A stretch of 64,000 nt of DNA. Origin: Paramoeba atlantica. Lineage: Eukaryota > Protista > Discosea. Made by a program: the position numbers and the translations under genes. Shown here in pieces: positions 45,200 through 55,463 of the stretch; the stretch's first letter is position 1, and each line of letters opens with the position of its first letter. The stretch spans positions 43,746-107,745 of the forward strand of contig CDRNVI010000079.1 of NCBI GenBank assembly GCA_977017575.1, written 5' to 3'. The notes under the pieces were generated by a model that saw only the letters and a program-made list of their open reading frames with translations, made no database searches and was not told where the DNA came from.

Positions 45200-47794
45200 A
45201 AGAAGCAATTTATGCCCAATCCATTCGCGCGTTCCGGACCGGGTCTTTCGACCACTCCTCGGCCTGACTTGTGAACCCTTCCCTTGTTATATGGGAGGGC
45301 GCAGGCGCGGGCCTGTGTCGACAGCGACACGGTCACGAAACAGGATGCTGGCCGACGGGGAGGAGATTCACTACCCGTGTACTACCTCACTTGGGGTACC
45401 TAGCCCTCGCGGGCTAGGCGTGAGCATAGACTCTGTCGACCCGACCAGCATCCGGGCTCACATTGGAGAACCTCACTCATGAGAGCAAGGCTTGAGAATA
45501 GGTGGGTAAGACACAGTGAGTAGGGGCTTATGCCCCTACCAAAGACTCCGCTGGATCCGCCACGGGGATGCGTGACACCATCATCCGGGCCTGCGAACGC
45601 ATGAGCGTAACATTCAGCTCCGTCAAGAGTTCATTTCGCGCTTGGCTCCGTGACAGAAACCCCTTGGACGCATTCGCCCGTTGGGTTCCGATGTCCCGGA
45701 GTAACGCTAGGGCACTTTCACTCCAGGACCCAAAGGACTCTACAACCATTGCTGTGAAGAGATGCCCGGCTTCGTCTGCTTCTTGTCGCTGTCGCGCCTT
45801 GGTCTCGGCATAGTGCGCGGCAAAAGACCCTGGGGTCACCCAGCTAGCATTACGGACTGAGTCCAAATACTTTAATTGCTGGGCGTGGGTGACCGCAAAG
45901 TCCAATACCATGCCTTGCGCCAGAGTCCCTTTTGCCAAGGATGCAGTGGGCAGGAAGACATCCGCAGGCCTCGTGAGAGCTCCTCCGGGGCCTCGGTTTC
46001 CGAGACTCATCTCGCGCCGTGGTCCCAATTGGGCCTTGGAACAGAAAGATGTGAATTGTTGTGCCAGGGAGTTGTGGCGGGCGATGATGCCATGCCCATT
46101 TTTACAGAGCAAGGCGTGTTCACCGTTCTTGAGGAGAGGGAGGGCACAGCTTTCGGCGGGACAAGGCTTATCCTCTGGGAAAACATCCACCCCCAACCAC
46201 CAACGTGATAGCGTCCGGAACTCCGTGGGGGTGAAAGCCAACCCTCTTTGCTTTGAGGGTGTCACAAAAACCCAGTTTCCGGCCCCTTTACCTGACTGAG
46301 AAACCCAGCGTGCCCTTGTTCGGGCGTCTGCCCTTGCGTAAGCAGCATAGAACTCCTGTTCAGCGATTGCGTGGCTCAGGTGTTTTTGTCGTGGTACGAT
46401 GGTTTCTGGTTCTGTGGTGTCGGGTAAAAGGGGGTGGCGGAGGGAATGGGAAAGTTTTCTTTTCGCCGGGCGTGACTGGGCGTCCCGTGCCTCGTTGTGG
46501 TAGTCTGGTGAGCTTGGCTTGAGGATACGTCCAGTATACAGATCGACCAGGACAGTCCCAACTTTTTGATTTATTTCGCGTGCCGAATCAAGAAACCCTT
46601 CAGCTTCGGCTGCATCCCACTTATCCTTGTCGGAGGCAAAAGCCACAGAAGAAACGTATGCGGCCGAGTGGTGAAGCAACGATGAGCGAAGGCCGAATCC
46701 CCCGTAACGTTTGGGCCGTTGTAGTTGGTCACGGGCGGGAAGATCAAGAGGAAAAAGTGCGTGTTCCACAGCGCGCATGAGGTGAAAATCCAGCTGACGA
46801 CAGAGTTCTCCGAGGCCTTGGGGAGGGGTGGTACGCAGTGCGTATACCATTTGGCAGAATCCGGCGCACTGCCTTATAAGGGCGAGGGCCACTTGCGGGT
46901 CTTCTATCAGGGAGATGGCTTCCAACGTATCGCGGGCTGGCTCGATCGCGTGTGTCCTTAGGAAATTCGCACAGTGTTCTGGAGAGCCCACCGGACTCCC
47001 AAGGATATCAAAGTTTCCGTCATACCTTATTTTGTCGCTAGGAATGTCGGGGAAAAAAGCAGAGGTGTGGGCAGACGCAGGGGGGGTGATGATTTCACAT
47101 TTTGAGAGGTTCAGAAAGAGTTCCCACTGAGTTCCCACTTCCGCGAGAACGTCTAGTGCCTTCCGGACTTCCTGTGGTTCGCCAATGATCACACCGTCAT
47201 CGAGATACCATAACTGTGTTTGGAGCTTTGTACGCGATGCGATTTCCTCCGTTGCCCCCGACAAAACCAAAGAGAACAGGAGGGGACCTAGGGGATCACC
47301 TTGCTGCACGCCCTCGGCCGAAGGAATTAAATTGTCACCAAATGTTAGACAGCTGTGGTTGGCGTAACACCACTCAACCCATGGGGACAACTCGGGGAAA
47401 TGTTTTCGCGTGAGGAAGATAAACACCGGCCTACTGACATTGTTAAAGGCGTTGCGGAGATCCACTTTACAGAAGGTTATATTTTCGTTTTCCATGTTGT
47501 TGAGCATCAACCTACGACAATTGTGAATGACTCGCTCTGCTCCGGCGGGCGCCGCAACGCCGTACTGTTTGCGGCCGAAGAAGGAACTTGCCTTTTCCTT
47601 TAAAGAAAGACACGCTGCCTTGCTGACCAAACGTCGTAGCGTTTCCCCCTCAGCAATAGGCCTCACGTCTTCTTCGTCCTTTTCGAGCGCGCAGAGTCGT
47701 GCACCTGCAAAGAAGGGGTGTACTTCATCCGGGCCTCTGCCTGCTAAAAGGTGGTTCACAAAGGACGTGAGCGCCAGGAGTGGATATCCAGGAG
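45200..47794 (-). mobile_element. CRE/SLACS-type non-LTR retrotransposon, copy B (5'-truncated; RT + CCHC + REL endonuclease; CDS 45528-47759)
   Basis: RT motifs as in copy A but clearly diverged; CPAESC..HALLC, RHN, RPADV, VLDFAV, VVESFG; structured 3' UTR; 3' end approximate. Confidence 0.9.
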
Positions 47795-48101
47795 TATTAT
47801 CATTACGGGTAGGGGGGACCTTCGATGAGTACTCATCGAAAGTCTACAACTTTCCGTGAGTCTCATCGAAAGTTGTAAACTTTCGATGAGTACTCATCGA
47901 AGCGTTTTTGAGCGACTCTAATAGAGATTTTCGAGTTTTTTTTATTACTCACCGAAGCGTATGTGACCGATTCTAATAGAGAATTTACGCTTATTATTGG
48001 TACTCATCGATTTGTGAGGTTCTTTAGGTATCACTCATCGAAGCGTTTTTGACATTTCGTAATACAGTGTGCGCTTCACAACGAACGATATCGTTCGGAC
48101 G

Positions 48102-48127
48102 GGTACAGAAACTGGATCTTTATCTTT
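48102..48127 (-). ncRNA. Second, degenerate SL-exon-like fragment
   Basis: AAAGATAAAGATCCAGTTTCTGTACC, with the same upstream box (TATAGAGGCAATGCCGCG..ATACTTCT) as the 44909 copy. Confidence 0.5.
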
Positions 48128-48470
48128 GGTGCGACGATTCTTGACCCCCCTAGCCCAAAAGAACACTTTTTTTTTTAGTTTTTTTCATTTTTTTGCAATT
48201 AATAAGGGGGTAGAAGTATGAATCGCGGCATTGCCTCTATATTTTGACCCAGTAGTTCCCCCGCCGACCGAAGGCCCAACCCCCCGTACCGCTTTTCGCG
48301 TTGCGCCTGGCGTCGCGCCCCATCACTCAAAGGACGGAAGAAGTGTTCAATAATTTATTTTTAGTTTTTTTCATTATTATTATTATTTTTTTTTTATTTT
48401 TTTTTAGCCAGTCAGGTTTAGCCCTGAGTCCCAGCAAACTACATGAATAGATATGTACAAAAATATTGTT

Positions 48471-49703
48471 TCACTCGTCATGCATAGCATGACCTTCAGA
48501 CTCACTCGAAACGAAATCATCGCCGCTGGTATAGTCTGATGGACAGCTGCTCAAACTCACACTGTCGTCGAAGTCATCTACGTCCGAGCCGTAGTACTCA
48601 AGAAAACACCCCAAGAGGTTGGAAAGTCGAGTTTGCCAAGCAGTCTCTCGCCCGTTGTGAACTTCCCCCAACTTCACACACTGAAGGGCCACATTTCGCA
48701 TCAATTCCAAGGAAGAAGCCCCAAAGTTGTAATGCTGCTTCCTCACCCAGTCTTTAATGATGCGATGCGACCCTTCAGCGGTGTTAGTGTGGTAGCCTTG
48801 GGAGTTCACAAACTCCACGCTATGATTCACAGCGTGGTGGCGACAAAAGTCCCCCAGAGTGGAATACGCCCCCCAACAGTCACTGACAACCACAGCCCGT
48901 ACACTCGTCAAGTGCGGCAGGATGAAGTTATGCAGCGTTTCCGTGTCTCGACGCTTGACTAACTTCCAATGGGTTCTTCCCATTTCTTGTCCACGTATCT
49001 CCGTGACGGTGGCAAACCACCATCCCCTTTTCCGCTGCCGCCTCCCACGCTGATACTTTCTCTTTCCAATGAACGTTTCGTCCACTTGGATGCGAGAAAA
49101 CACGTATTGCTCGGACTGCTCTTGGGAAAGCGCAGCATTGGCCGCGGAGTGTAACACTTCCTGGACTGTTTTTCTACCCACCCCTCGGCTGTGGCAGATT
49201 TGGCCAGTACAAAGCTGATTCGCAATGTCTGCCCAAAGAAGTAAAAGGATGGTGGGAGTTAGATGGCTCCGCAAAGAAACATATGGCTCAAATTTTCCCA
49301 TCTTTATTCGACAGGGGTTCCGCATTCCAGGCTCCTTAAACATGCAAATCATATAATTCTTCCCCGGTACGGACGCCATCTTTTCCGTTCCATGCTTTCG
49401 GCACGATGGCGGAGTCAAAAAACCATGGCAGCTCATCCAGCTTTCGGCATCCGCGCCAAGAGGAATGTCTTGCATACTGCGCCAACGCTTGACACAGTTA
49501 AAAGCAGGGCATCCGTTACAAAGCGGGCGCAACGGCACATCACGCCATAAAGTTGGGTTGAGGTAACGTGGGTCAGGAGGTACTGCCGGGCCATCTCCTA
49601 GAGGTCCTCGCCGGTGTTCTCGGTACGTGGCAGCCTCGAGAAGAGAAATGAAACTTCTGAGAATAGCGTCAGGATCCTGCTGATTGTTGTTGTTATTGTT
49701 CAT
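48471..49703 (-). CDS. Merlin/IS1595 (ISXO2-like) transposase, intact (410 aa)
   Basis: QVDETFIGKRKYQRGR, VVSDCWGAY, VNHSVEFV..GYHTNTAEG. Confidence 0.92.
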   Translation of the reverse strand: MNNNNNNQQDPDAILRSFISLLEAATYREHRRGPLGDGPAVPPDPRYLNPTLWRDVPLRPLCNGCPAFNCVKRWRSMQDIPLGADAESWMSCHGFLTPPSCRKHGTEKMASVPGKNYMICMFKEPGMRNPCRIKMGKFEPYVSLRSHLTPTILLLLWADIANQLCTGQICHSRGVGRKTVQEVLHSAANAALSQEQSEQYVFSRIQVDETFIGKRKYQRGRRQRKRGWWFATVTEIRGQEMGRTHWKLVKRRDTETLHNFILPHLTSVRAVVVSDCWGAYSTLGDFCRHHAVNHSVEFVNSQGYHTNTAEGSHRIIKDWVRKQHYNFGASSLELMRNVALQCVKLGEVHNGRETAWQTRLSNLLGCFLEYYGSDVDDFDDSVSLSSCPSDYTSGDDFVSSESEGHAMHDE

Positions 49704-51103
49704 GATGAAAAGCAGAACTGAGTAAAAAGGAAGCGCTGAGACTAAAAAGAATGGGGTTCACCGCATATTTGTTGAGCCTTTCGCAACATAGGAAAACAAA
49801 TTCACAATCCTGCGGAAGGGGTAGACACAGATTCTCAGTGCGCGACCCGCGCGCTGGAGAAACTACGAAATTCAGTGAGCTTCGCAAATTGCTTCCCACT
49901 AACGACGCACAGGGGAATCCTACGTGGGGTACGGCTCAGGCCCGCTGACGCGGGCCTTCGCCGTTTCGCGGCCGCGCGCACCCCCGCTCACGCGGGGGCC
50001 CCCGCGCGGCCAAAATGGGTACTAAAACGAAGTTTAAGTTAAGTTAACGAAGTTAACGAACAGTTGGCCTTGCTCGCAAACGGGGGCTTTTGCCACCAGT
50101 AGTGGGCTTCGCTCACAGTTGGGCCTTGCTTGCAGGCGTGGGCTTCGCTCACAGTTGGGCCTTTCTTCCTCCTCCCTCTAAGGTCCTGCAGATTTTTTGA
50201 GCTGGAGCGCACGGGTCGCCAAAAAATATTATTATGTCCCAGGGCTACGCTCACAGTTGGCCCTTCGCAAAAAATTGATAAAATACGAAAAATTGAAAAA
50301 GTCAAAAACACCTTCGATGAGTACTCATCGTAAGTTGTAGACTTTCGATGAGTACTCATCGAAGGTCCCCCCTAGCCATCATTTCATCACGGCGATGCAT
50401 GAAACTAGGTATGTCAGATTGGGCTAAGCATTCGCTGCCATGAATCCGACCCTCGAAAGGTCCACTCCAGGCCAAAGGGCAACCGTCCATCATGAGAAGA
50501 ACTTGAAATGCCCAATACTTCGCGGCCTTTTTCGCGTTATATAATTCACTGGGCCCACGGCTGTACATGGGGACGCCGTCGAGTATACTTAACACCATGC
50601 AAAATGCTTTTTCTCGGATAGAAAATCTTCTCTCTGTGTCGGCCAGATTGCCAGCCTCATCAGAAAGCTTCAAGGCCGGCTGAATAAATTTTTTCCATAT
50701 ATGGGGTGCTGAATAATGGCCCCCCACATAAGGAATGAGAACAGCCGCTGCTTGTTCATGGGTCAGATTCAAATGAAGCATTGCCAGAGCGCAGAACACG
50801 TCAAGCGTGGGGCTTTTTAAAGATATGCTCAGCTCTACAACCACATCAGAACAATACCCGGTAAAAGCGTGTGAAACGTCTTTCCAGGGAAGAAGTATCA
50901 TATCGAGAAGTTGAAAATGAGAAAAGTATCTCTGTTGTCATTCAAAAGTTTAGTGATTTTTGCTCAATATTTTCTGCTTTACTGACAGTAACTAGCGTTT
51001 CATATTCTGTACTTTGGCTTCAATATTCTTACTACTTCAGACTTCCAAATCCAAACTTACTACTTCATCCAAATTTTCTTTATTGAATAAATAAACAATC
51101 GGG

Positions 51104-52261
51104 TTATCGTAAACCCGACTGATCATACAACTTACTCTTTCCTGTCGTCTTGGTTTTAGACTCTTCGCTTTCTGCGATCCGGGATTTCGCAATTACTGCT
51201 TGTTTCAGTAATGCGATCTGGGCTCTCATGTCGTCTGTCTCGCGACGATGAGAAAGTTGAGCCTCAGTTAATCTTTCAACCTTGGCTTCAAGACCGCTAG
51301 TCACCGCTTGCAACTTTTCTACTTCAGCGAGCGCCTTTGCTGCCTCGGTCTGACTTACAGAAACCGCGCCGCGTAGAAGTCGATTTTGTTCTCGATGTCT
51401 TTTCGACGCCGCAACGGTCTCTCCACGAAACCCTCGCCAAAGAGTTCGGAACCATTCTGCAATGGTCTCTTGGCCTTTGCTGGATGGCTCATACAACCCT
51501 GGGTAGGCTTTCGCCAGGAAGGCACCTAGGTTTTGCGAGAGTACATCTGTGGGGAGCTCGATGGAGGGGAGTGACCATTGACCCCCGTGTTGCCACCGCC
51601 AATAACTTGGCATCTCTTCCTCTCGAACACCATTTAGCACGTTGCATTTGGCGTCGGAAAAGAACAACAAGCCTACCTGGCGATATTTTGCAATGAGGAT
51701 GATACCCTCGAGAAGGATTTCTTCGTCCAGTGTAACACCACACAAAGTGTTGTGAATACTGGGAACTGAAGAAGTGGTGAGCTGATGATGACGGTTGTTT
51801 AACCATGTCACGGCCCTCGAAATAATATCGTCCTCGAGACGATCCATGATTTCTTGAGGAGGAAGTCTGTCAGGGGCAAATTGGGCGCTGTTTCGTTCCT
51901 CCTGAGTCATCTTGAGATACTCCAAACCTCTCTCCGCTCTTTTCAAAGGAATGTGGAGTACCTTCTTTAAGGTGTGTTGCACCCAATTTCTTAATCGATC
52001 AAATTTTTCCGAGTCTGCATGTCCGTAGGAACACGCCTCTACCTCACTATCCTTGGGGGGCAAATCGTCCATACGGAATATGTTCGAAAAAAGTATCGTT
52101 ATAAAACGGGATTCTAAAAAAGATAAAAGAGATGATAAAATATGAAATGTACCAATATAAATTATATACGTCCCTATAAAAAATATATGAGAAATTATGA
52201 GTTTGCCAATATGTAGGTATTGAGAAAAAATAAAAGAGGAAAAATACATAAAAAAATTCAC
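51104..52261 (-). CDS. Accessory protein of Harbinger element 1 (probable start MDDLPP near 52072), C-terminal coiled coil
   Basis: Long ORF between the Harbinger TIR and the transposase, same strand; no canonical Myb/SANT motif recognised. Confidence 0.6.
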   Translation of the reverse strand: MNFFMYFSSFIFSQYLHIGKLIISHIFFIGTYIIYIGTFHILSSLLSFLESRFITILFSNIFRMDDLPPKDSEVEACSYGHADSEKFDRLRNWVQHTLKKVLHIPLKRAERGLEYLKMTQEERNSAQFAPDRLPPQEIMDRLEDDIISRAVTWLNNRHHQLTTSSVPSIHNTLCGVTLDEEILLEGIILIAKYRQVGLLFFSDAKCNVLNGVREEEMPSYWRWQHGGQWSLPSIELPTDVLSQNLGAFLAKAYPGLYEPSSKGQETIAEWFRTLWRGFRGETVAASKRHREQNRLLRGAVSVSQTEAAKALAEVEKLQAVTSGLEAKVERLTEAQLSHRRETDDMRAQIALLKQAVIAKSRIAESEESKTKTTGKSKLYDQSGLR

Positions 52262-52321
52262 CCCTCCCCTAACTCAGCCGCACCCGGACGCACCCAGACG
52301 CACCCACCTGTTTCAACCCTC

Positions 52322-52397
52322 TGAGTAGTCCAGTTGGTAAAGGGGTTCCATTTTGACGCTGGATGTCCGCGGTTCGATTCCCGGCATCGACATTTTT
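52322..52397 (+). pseudogene. tRNA-like remnant (A-box, B-box, T5 terminator; possibly Gln-TTG derived)
   Basis: TAGTCCAGTTGG and GGTTCGATTCCC; acceptor and anticodon stems do not pair. Confidence 0.4.
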
Positions 52398-52784
52398 AAA
52401 CAAAAAAACTTATATGCTCAAAATCGCGAAAAAAACAAATTCGGAACGATTTTTTTTTCAGATTTTTTTTCTTGAAAAAAGTGGCCAGCTGGCCACCAAA
52501 AACACGGTTTGCATTTTGTATATATGAGGGGCTGCGGGTGACGCTAACCGCGGTCTCGCACGGTCTCGGCGCGGTCTCGCCTGGTCTCGGCGCGGTCTCG
52601 CGCGGTCTCATATTTGTAAAAGGGTATAATGATATTTTAGGGATTGTCAAATAGTTTTCGTTTATAGTATACGTCTAAGCAATTTCAATCGCAATTTCGT
52701 CTACGCAATTTCAATAGGAATAAATAGAGCGAGGTTGAACACAGACCAAGACTGATATTAAAAGATCAATAAAACTAAACCAAT

Positions 52785-53792
52785 TTACTTCTTTCGCTTC
52801 CGCGGTTTTCTAGGTTCGTAGGGCACATAATTTATGTGTTCCTTGAGCAAGTCGCGACTTACACCAGTTTTCTCGACAACTTCGCATCCCTCACTGCACC
52901 AACATTTATTCAAATGGTCAATCTTTCGGAGAGACGCATTCACCCCAGTATCAAAGTCGTACTGCGGCTCTCCGGCCAACAGTCCGTACGCCAACACAGA
53001 TACTATCTGAACAGCATCTTTGATCCAGGAAAGATCATGATCTGTTGCCCAGAAAAAACGAAACTTGTCCACATGGGCAAAGAAACGCTCTACACGAGAG
53101 CGCACTAATGCGAGCCTCTCGTTGACGCGTAATTGATCGTCCTCAAGCATTCCCTTGTTTGGAGTTTTGTATGGGACCAAACAATGATAACAACCAACAT
53201 ACCCCAGGTCGGCCAGAAAGATTTCATCTTTGTGATGCTCAAAGAGGTATGTTCCATGAGTCATCGTGTCTTGATAAATCCTTGCATCGTGCACACTTCC
53301 AACTACGGGTCCACGAAAAAAGATAGGAACTCCGGCCAGTGTGAGCCAAAATTCAATTTTAAAACAGTGTTCTCCGTGCTTCCCAGAGTAAGTCGAATCC
53401 TTCCGTTTAACAGTCTGACTACGGGGATCAAATTTCATATGAGGTTTTTTTGCTCGACAAGGGATGGTGGTAACGTCTAGCATACACGTCACTTCGCTAA
53501 GCCACGGGACACCATGACGAAATCTCAGCGAAGGATTCATCAACGAGGGTGAACGACACAGGTCCGCGATGCGATGAAAATTCTCGCGCAGGTTTCGTAC
53601 GGAAACTGGGAGATCCTCTGGCCCCGTCCATATGACTTGCAAATCACTCAATTGTTCCCAAGAACAATTCAGTGCACATAAGCAAAGGGAAGACTTCAAC
53701 CTCCTTAGATCAGTGCTTGTTACGTTAGTTCCATGCACCGCTTGCAGTTCCGCGTAAAATTGCGCAAGCTGTTCTCGGGTCACGCCATACAT
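52785..53792 (-). CDS. PIF/Harbinger (DDE_Tnp_4) transposase 2, intact (335 aa)
   Basis: LDVTTIP, YSGKHGEHCFK, GSVHDARI, LADLGY, RSRVERFF; element ends not found. Confidence 0.9.
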   Translation of the reverse strand: MYGVTREQLAQFYAELQAVHGTNVTSTDLRRLKSSLCLCALNCSWEQLSDLQVIWTGPEDLPVSVRNLRENFHRIADLCRSPSLMNPSLRFRHGVPWLSEVTCMLDVTTIPCRAKKPHMKFDPRSQTVKRKDSTYSGKHGEHCFKIEFWLTLAGVPIFFRGPVVGSVHDARIYQDTMTHGTYLFEHHKDEIFLADLGYVGCYHCLVPYKTPNKGMLEDDQLRVNERLALVRSRVERFFAHVDKFRFFWATDHDLSWIKDAVQIVSVLAYGLLAGEPQYDFDTGVNASLRKIDHLNKCWCSEGCEVVEKTGVSRDLLKEHINYVPYEPRKPRKRKK

Positions 53793-54099
53793 GAATGCCT
53801 CTATGACAGTACTAGCTATGAAATTGAATTATGTTATGCTAAAGTATGTTATGTTATGTTATGGGCTAGAGGGTAAAAACACGACTTGCAGATTAGGTAA
53901 AATGGGATTTGAGGTGAACAATAAACATCCGCTTTGACACACTTAAAACCATCACGAATAATAAGCAGAACTTAAAATATTATCTTCTCTCTTTCTCCTT
54001 CAACTTTTCCTCAACGCGTCCTTTTTAGTTCAGCCGCGGGAACGAGACTACACGGTCTGATGTTCTTATTTCCTTCGCCGTATATAGAGAGAAAAATAA

Positions 54100-54660
54100 T
54101 GTGCAGGTCCGAGTGGTACAGTGTGTAGCTACAGTGGCCCTTGAGAGAGTGAGAGCAGTGCCACGTGAGGCAGTGATTGCACAGTGATGCAGTGCAGCTG
54201 CAGTGGCACGTGCCAGAGTAAGTGCACTGCCATGTGAGGCAGTGACTGCAGTGATGCAGTGTAGCTGCAGTGGCACGTGAGAGAGTAAGTGCACTGCCAC
54301 GTGAGGCAGTGACTGCAGTGATGCAGTGTAGCTGCAGTGGTACGTGAGAGAATAAGTGCACTGCCATGTGAGGCAGTGATGCAGTGCAGCTGCAGTGGCA
54401 CGTGCGAGAGTAAGATTACTGCCACGTGAGGCAGTGAATGCAGTGTAGATACAGTGGAATGTGAGAGAGTCAGTGACTGCAGTGTAGCTACAGTGGCACG
54501 TGAGAGAGTAAGATTACTGCCACGTGAGGCAGTGACTGCAGAGATGCAGTGCAGCTGCAGTAGCACGTGAGAGAGTGAGAGTACTGCCACGTGAGGCAGT
54601 GACTGCAGTGTAGCTGCAGTAGCACGTGAGAGAGTGAGAGTACTGCCACGTGAGGCAGTG
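54100..54660. repeat. ~59-67-bp minisatellite built from GCAGT motifs
   Basis: CCACGTGAGGCAGTGACTGCAGTGATGCAGTG... about 8 units. Confidence 0.9.
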
Positions 54661-54709
54661 ACTCACGTTGAGTGAGTCCACTGAGTGAGTCCCACGGGGG
54701 TGGGAGAGT

Positions 54710-54960
54710 GTTGTGGAAGAGTGGCCAGCTGGCCATGTTGTGGAAGGGTGGCCAGCTGGCCATGTTGTGGAAGTGACCATGTTTTGGAAGTGGCCATCTT
54801 GTGGAAGTGACCATGTTTTAGAAGTGGCCAATTTGTGGAAGGGTGGCCAGCTGGCCATGTTGTGGAAGGGTGGCCAGCTGGCCATGTTGTGGAAGGGTGG
54901 CCAGCTGGCCACCAAAAACACGGTTTGTGCTTCGTCGAAAAGTGGCCAGCTGGCCACCAA
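54710..54960. repeat. 27-bp minisatellite TGTGGAAGGGTGGCCAGCTGGCCATGT
   Basis: Tandem units with a palindromic TGGCCAGCTGGCCA core; the flanking ~50 bp also occur at 52478-52527. Confidence 0.9.
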
Positions 54961-55463
54961 AAACACGGTTTGCATTTTGTATATATGTAGAGAAAAAAAA
55001 CGAGCAGGGTTATACTATTCTCAGAGAGAGCTATTCTCAGAGAGAGGGTGGGACAGGAGAGACACAGAGCGTGGATGTGTAGAAAAAGAAGGGCATGGAA
55101 AGGTGGGCGGTAGAAATAAAGGAAAGAGAAAGAGAATCACTCCGGCCAGGGGCACTGCTAGCATACTTTGAAAGCTTTGTTTGATGATTTAGGCTAGTAG
55201 TGTTGGGGCTTAGCGCACCCCGCCGCCCGAGCTAAGACACTTCACTATAGTGGTACAAGTAGGAAATTGAATCATTACTGTATTAGTAATGAAAAAGCCA
55301 CTTTTGGAGGAAGACTGCCATGAAAGGAATTTGAAATTTTGTATGGTTTGACAATGTATGAAAAGTGAAGTTGGCGTTTACGAGGTTGAAGTGTGTTAAG
55401 GTACAGTAATAGAGCGGCATTTCGTGCTAGAGTAATTTCAAAACCTTTTTTTATTCCTCTAGT

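Larger units (their letters stand above)
47807..50377 (-). mobile_element. Merlin element A, 2571 bp, GG-initiated TIRs, 8-bp TSD
   Basis: TIR GG(C/G)TAGGGGGGACCTTCGATGAGTACTCATCGAAAG; TSD GAAATGAT/GTAATGAT (1 mismatch; 50378-85, 47799-806 and 42216-23). Confidence 0.8.
41627..50901 (-). pseudogene. Harbinger (DDE_Tnp_4) transposase split into 50378-50901 and 41627-42215; rejoins to 370 aa
   Basis: ILDGVP, YNAKKAAK, GPFEGRIH in the 5' part; ADKAY and RNRVERFFAH in the 3' part; the join reads HRRDEMIIADKAY, aligning gap-free with HHKDEIFLADLGY of Harbinger 2. Confidence 0.88.
41348..52321 (-). mobile_element. PIF/Harbinger element 1 with 13-bp TIRs and TGA TSD, carrying nested Merlin and CRE insertions
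   Basis: TGA|GAGGGTTGAAACA ... TGTTTCAACCCTC|TGA; subterminal GCACCC repeats at both ends. Confidence 0.85.

Noticed and set aside
28443-45500. Hammerhead or HDV-like ribozyme in the 180-bp insert or the CRE B 3' UTR
   Set aside because: No CUGAnGA/GAAA core was found, and the helix spacing does not fit the HDV double pseudoknot by eye.
47812-50372. Reading of the Merlin-containing element as TA-flanked or as having no TSD
   Set aside because: Moving each end out by 5 bp gives GG-initiated TIRs, an 8-bp TSD and a gap-free Harbinger motif, i.e. a normal Merlin.
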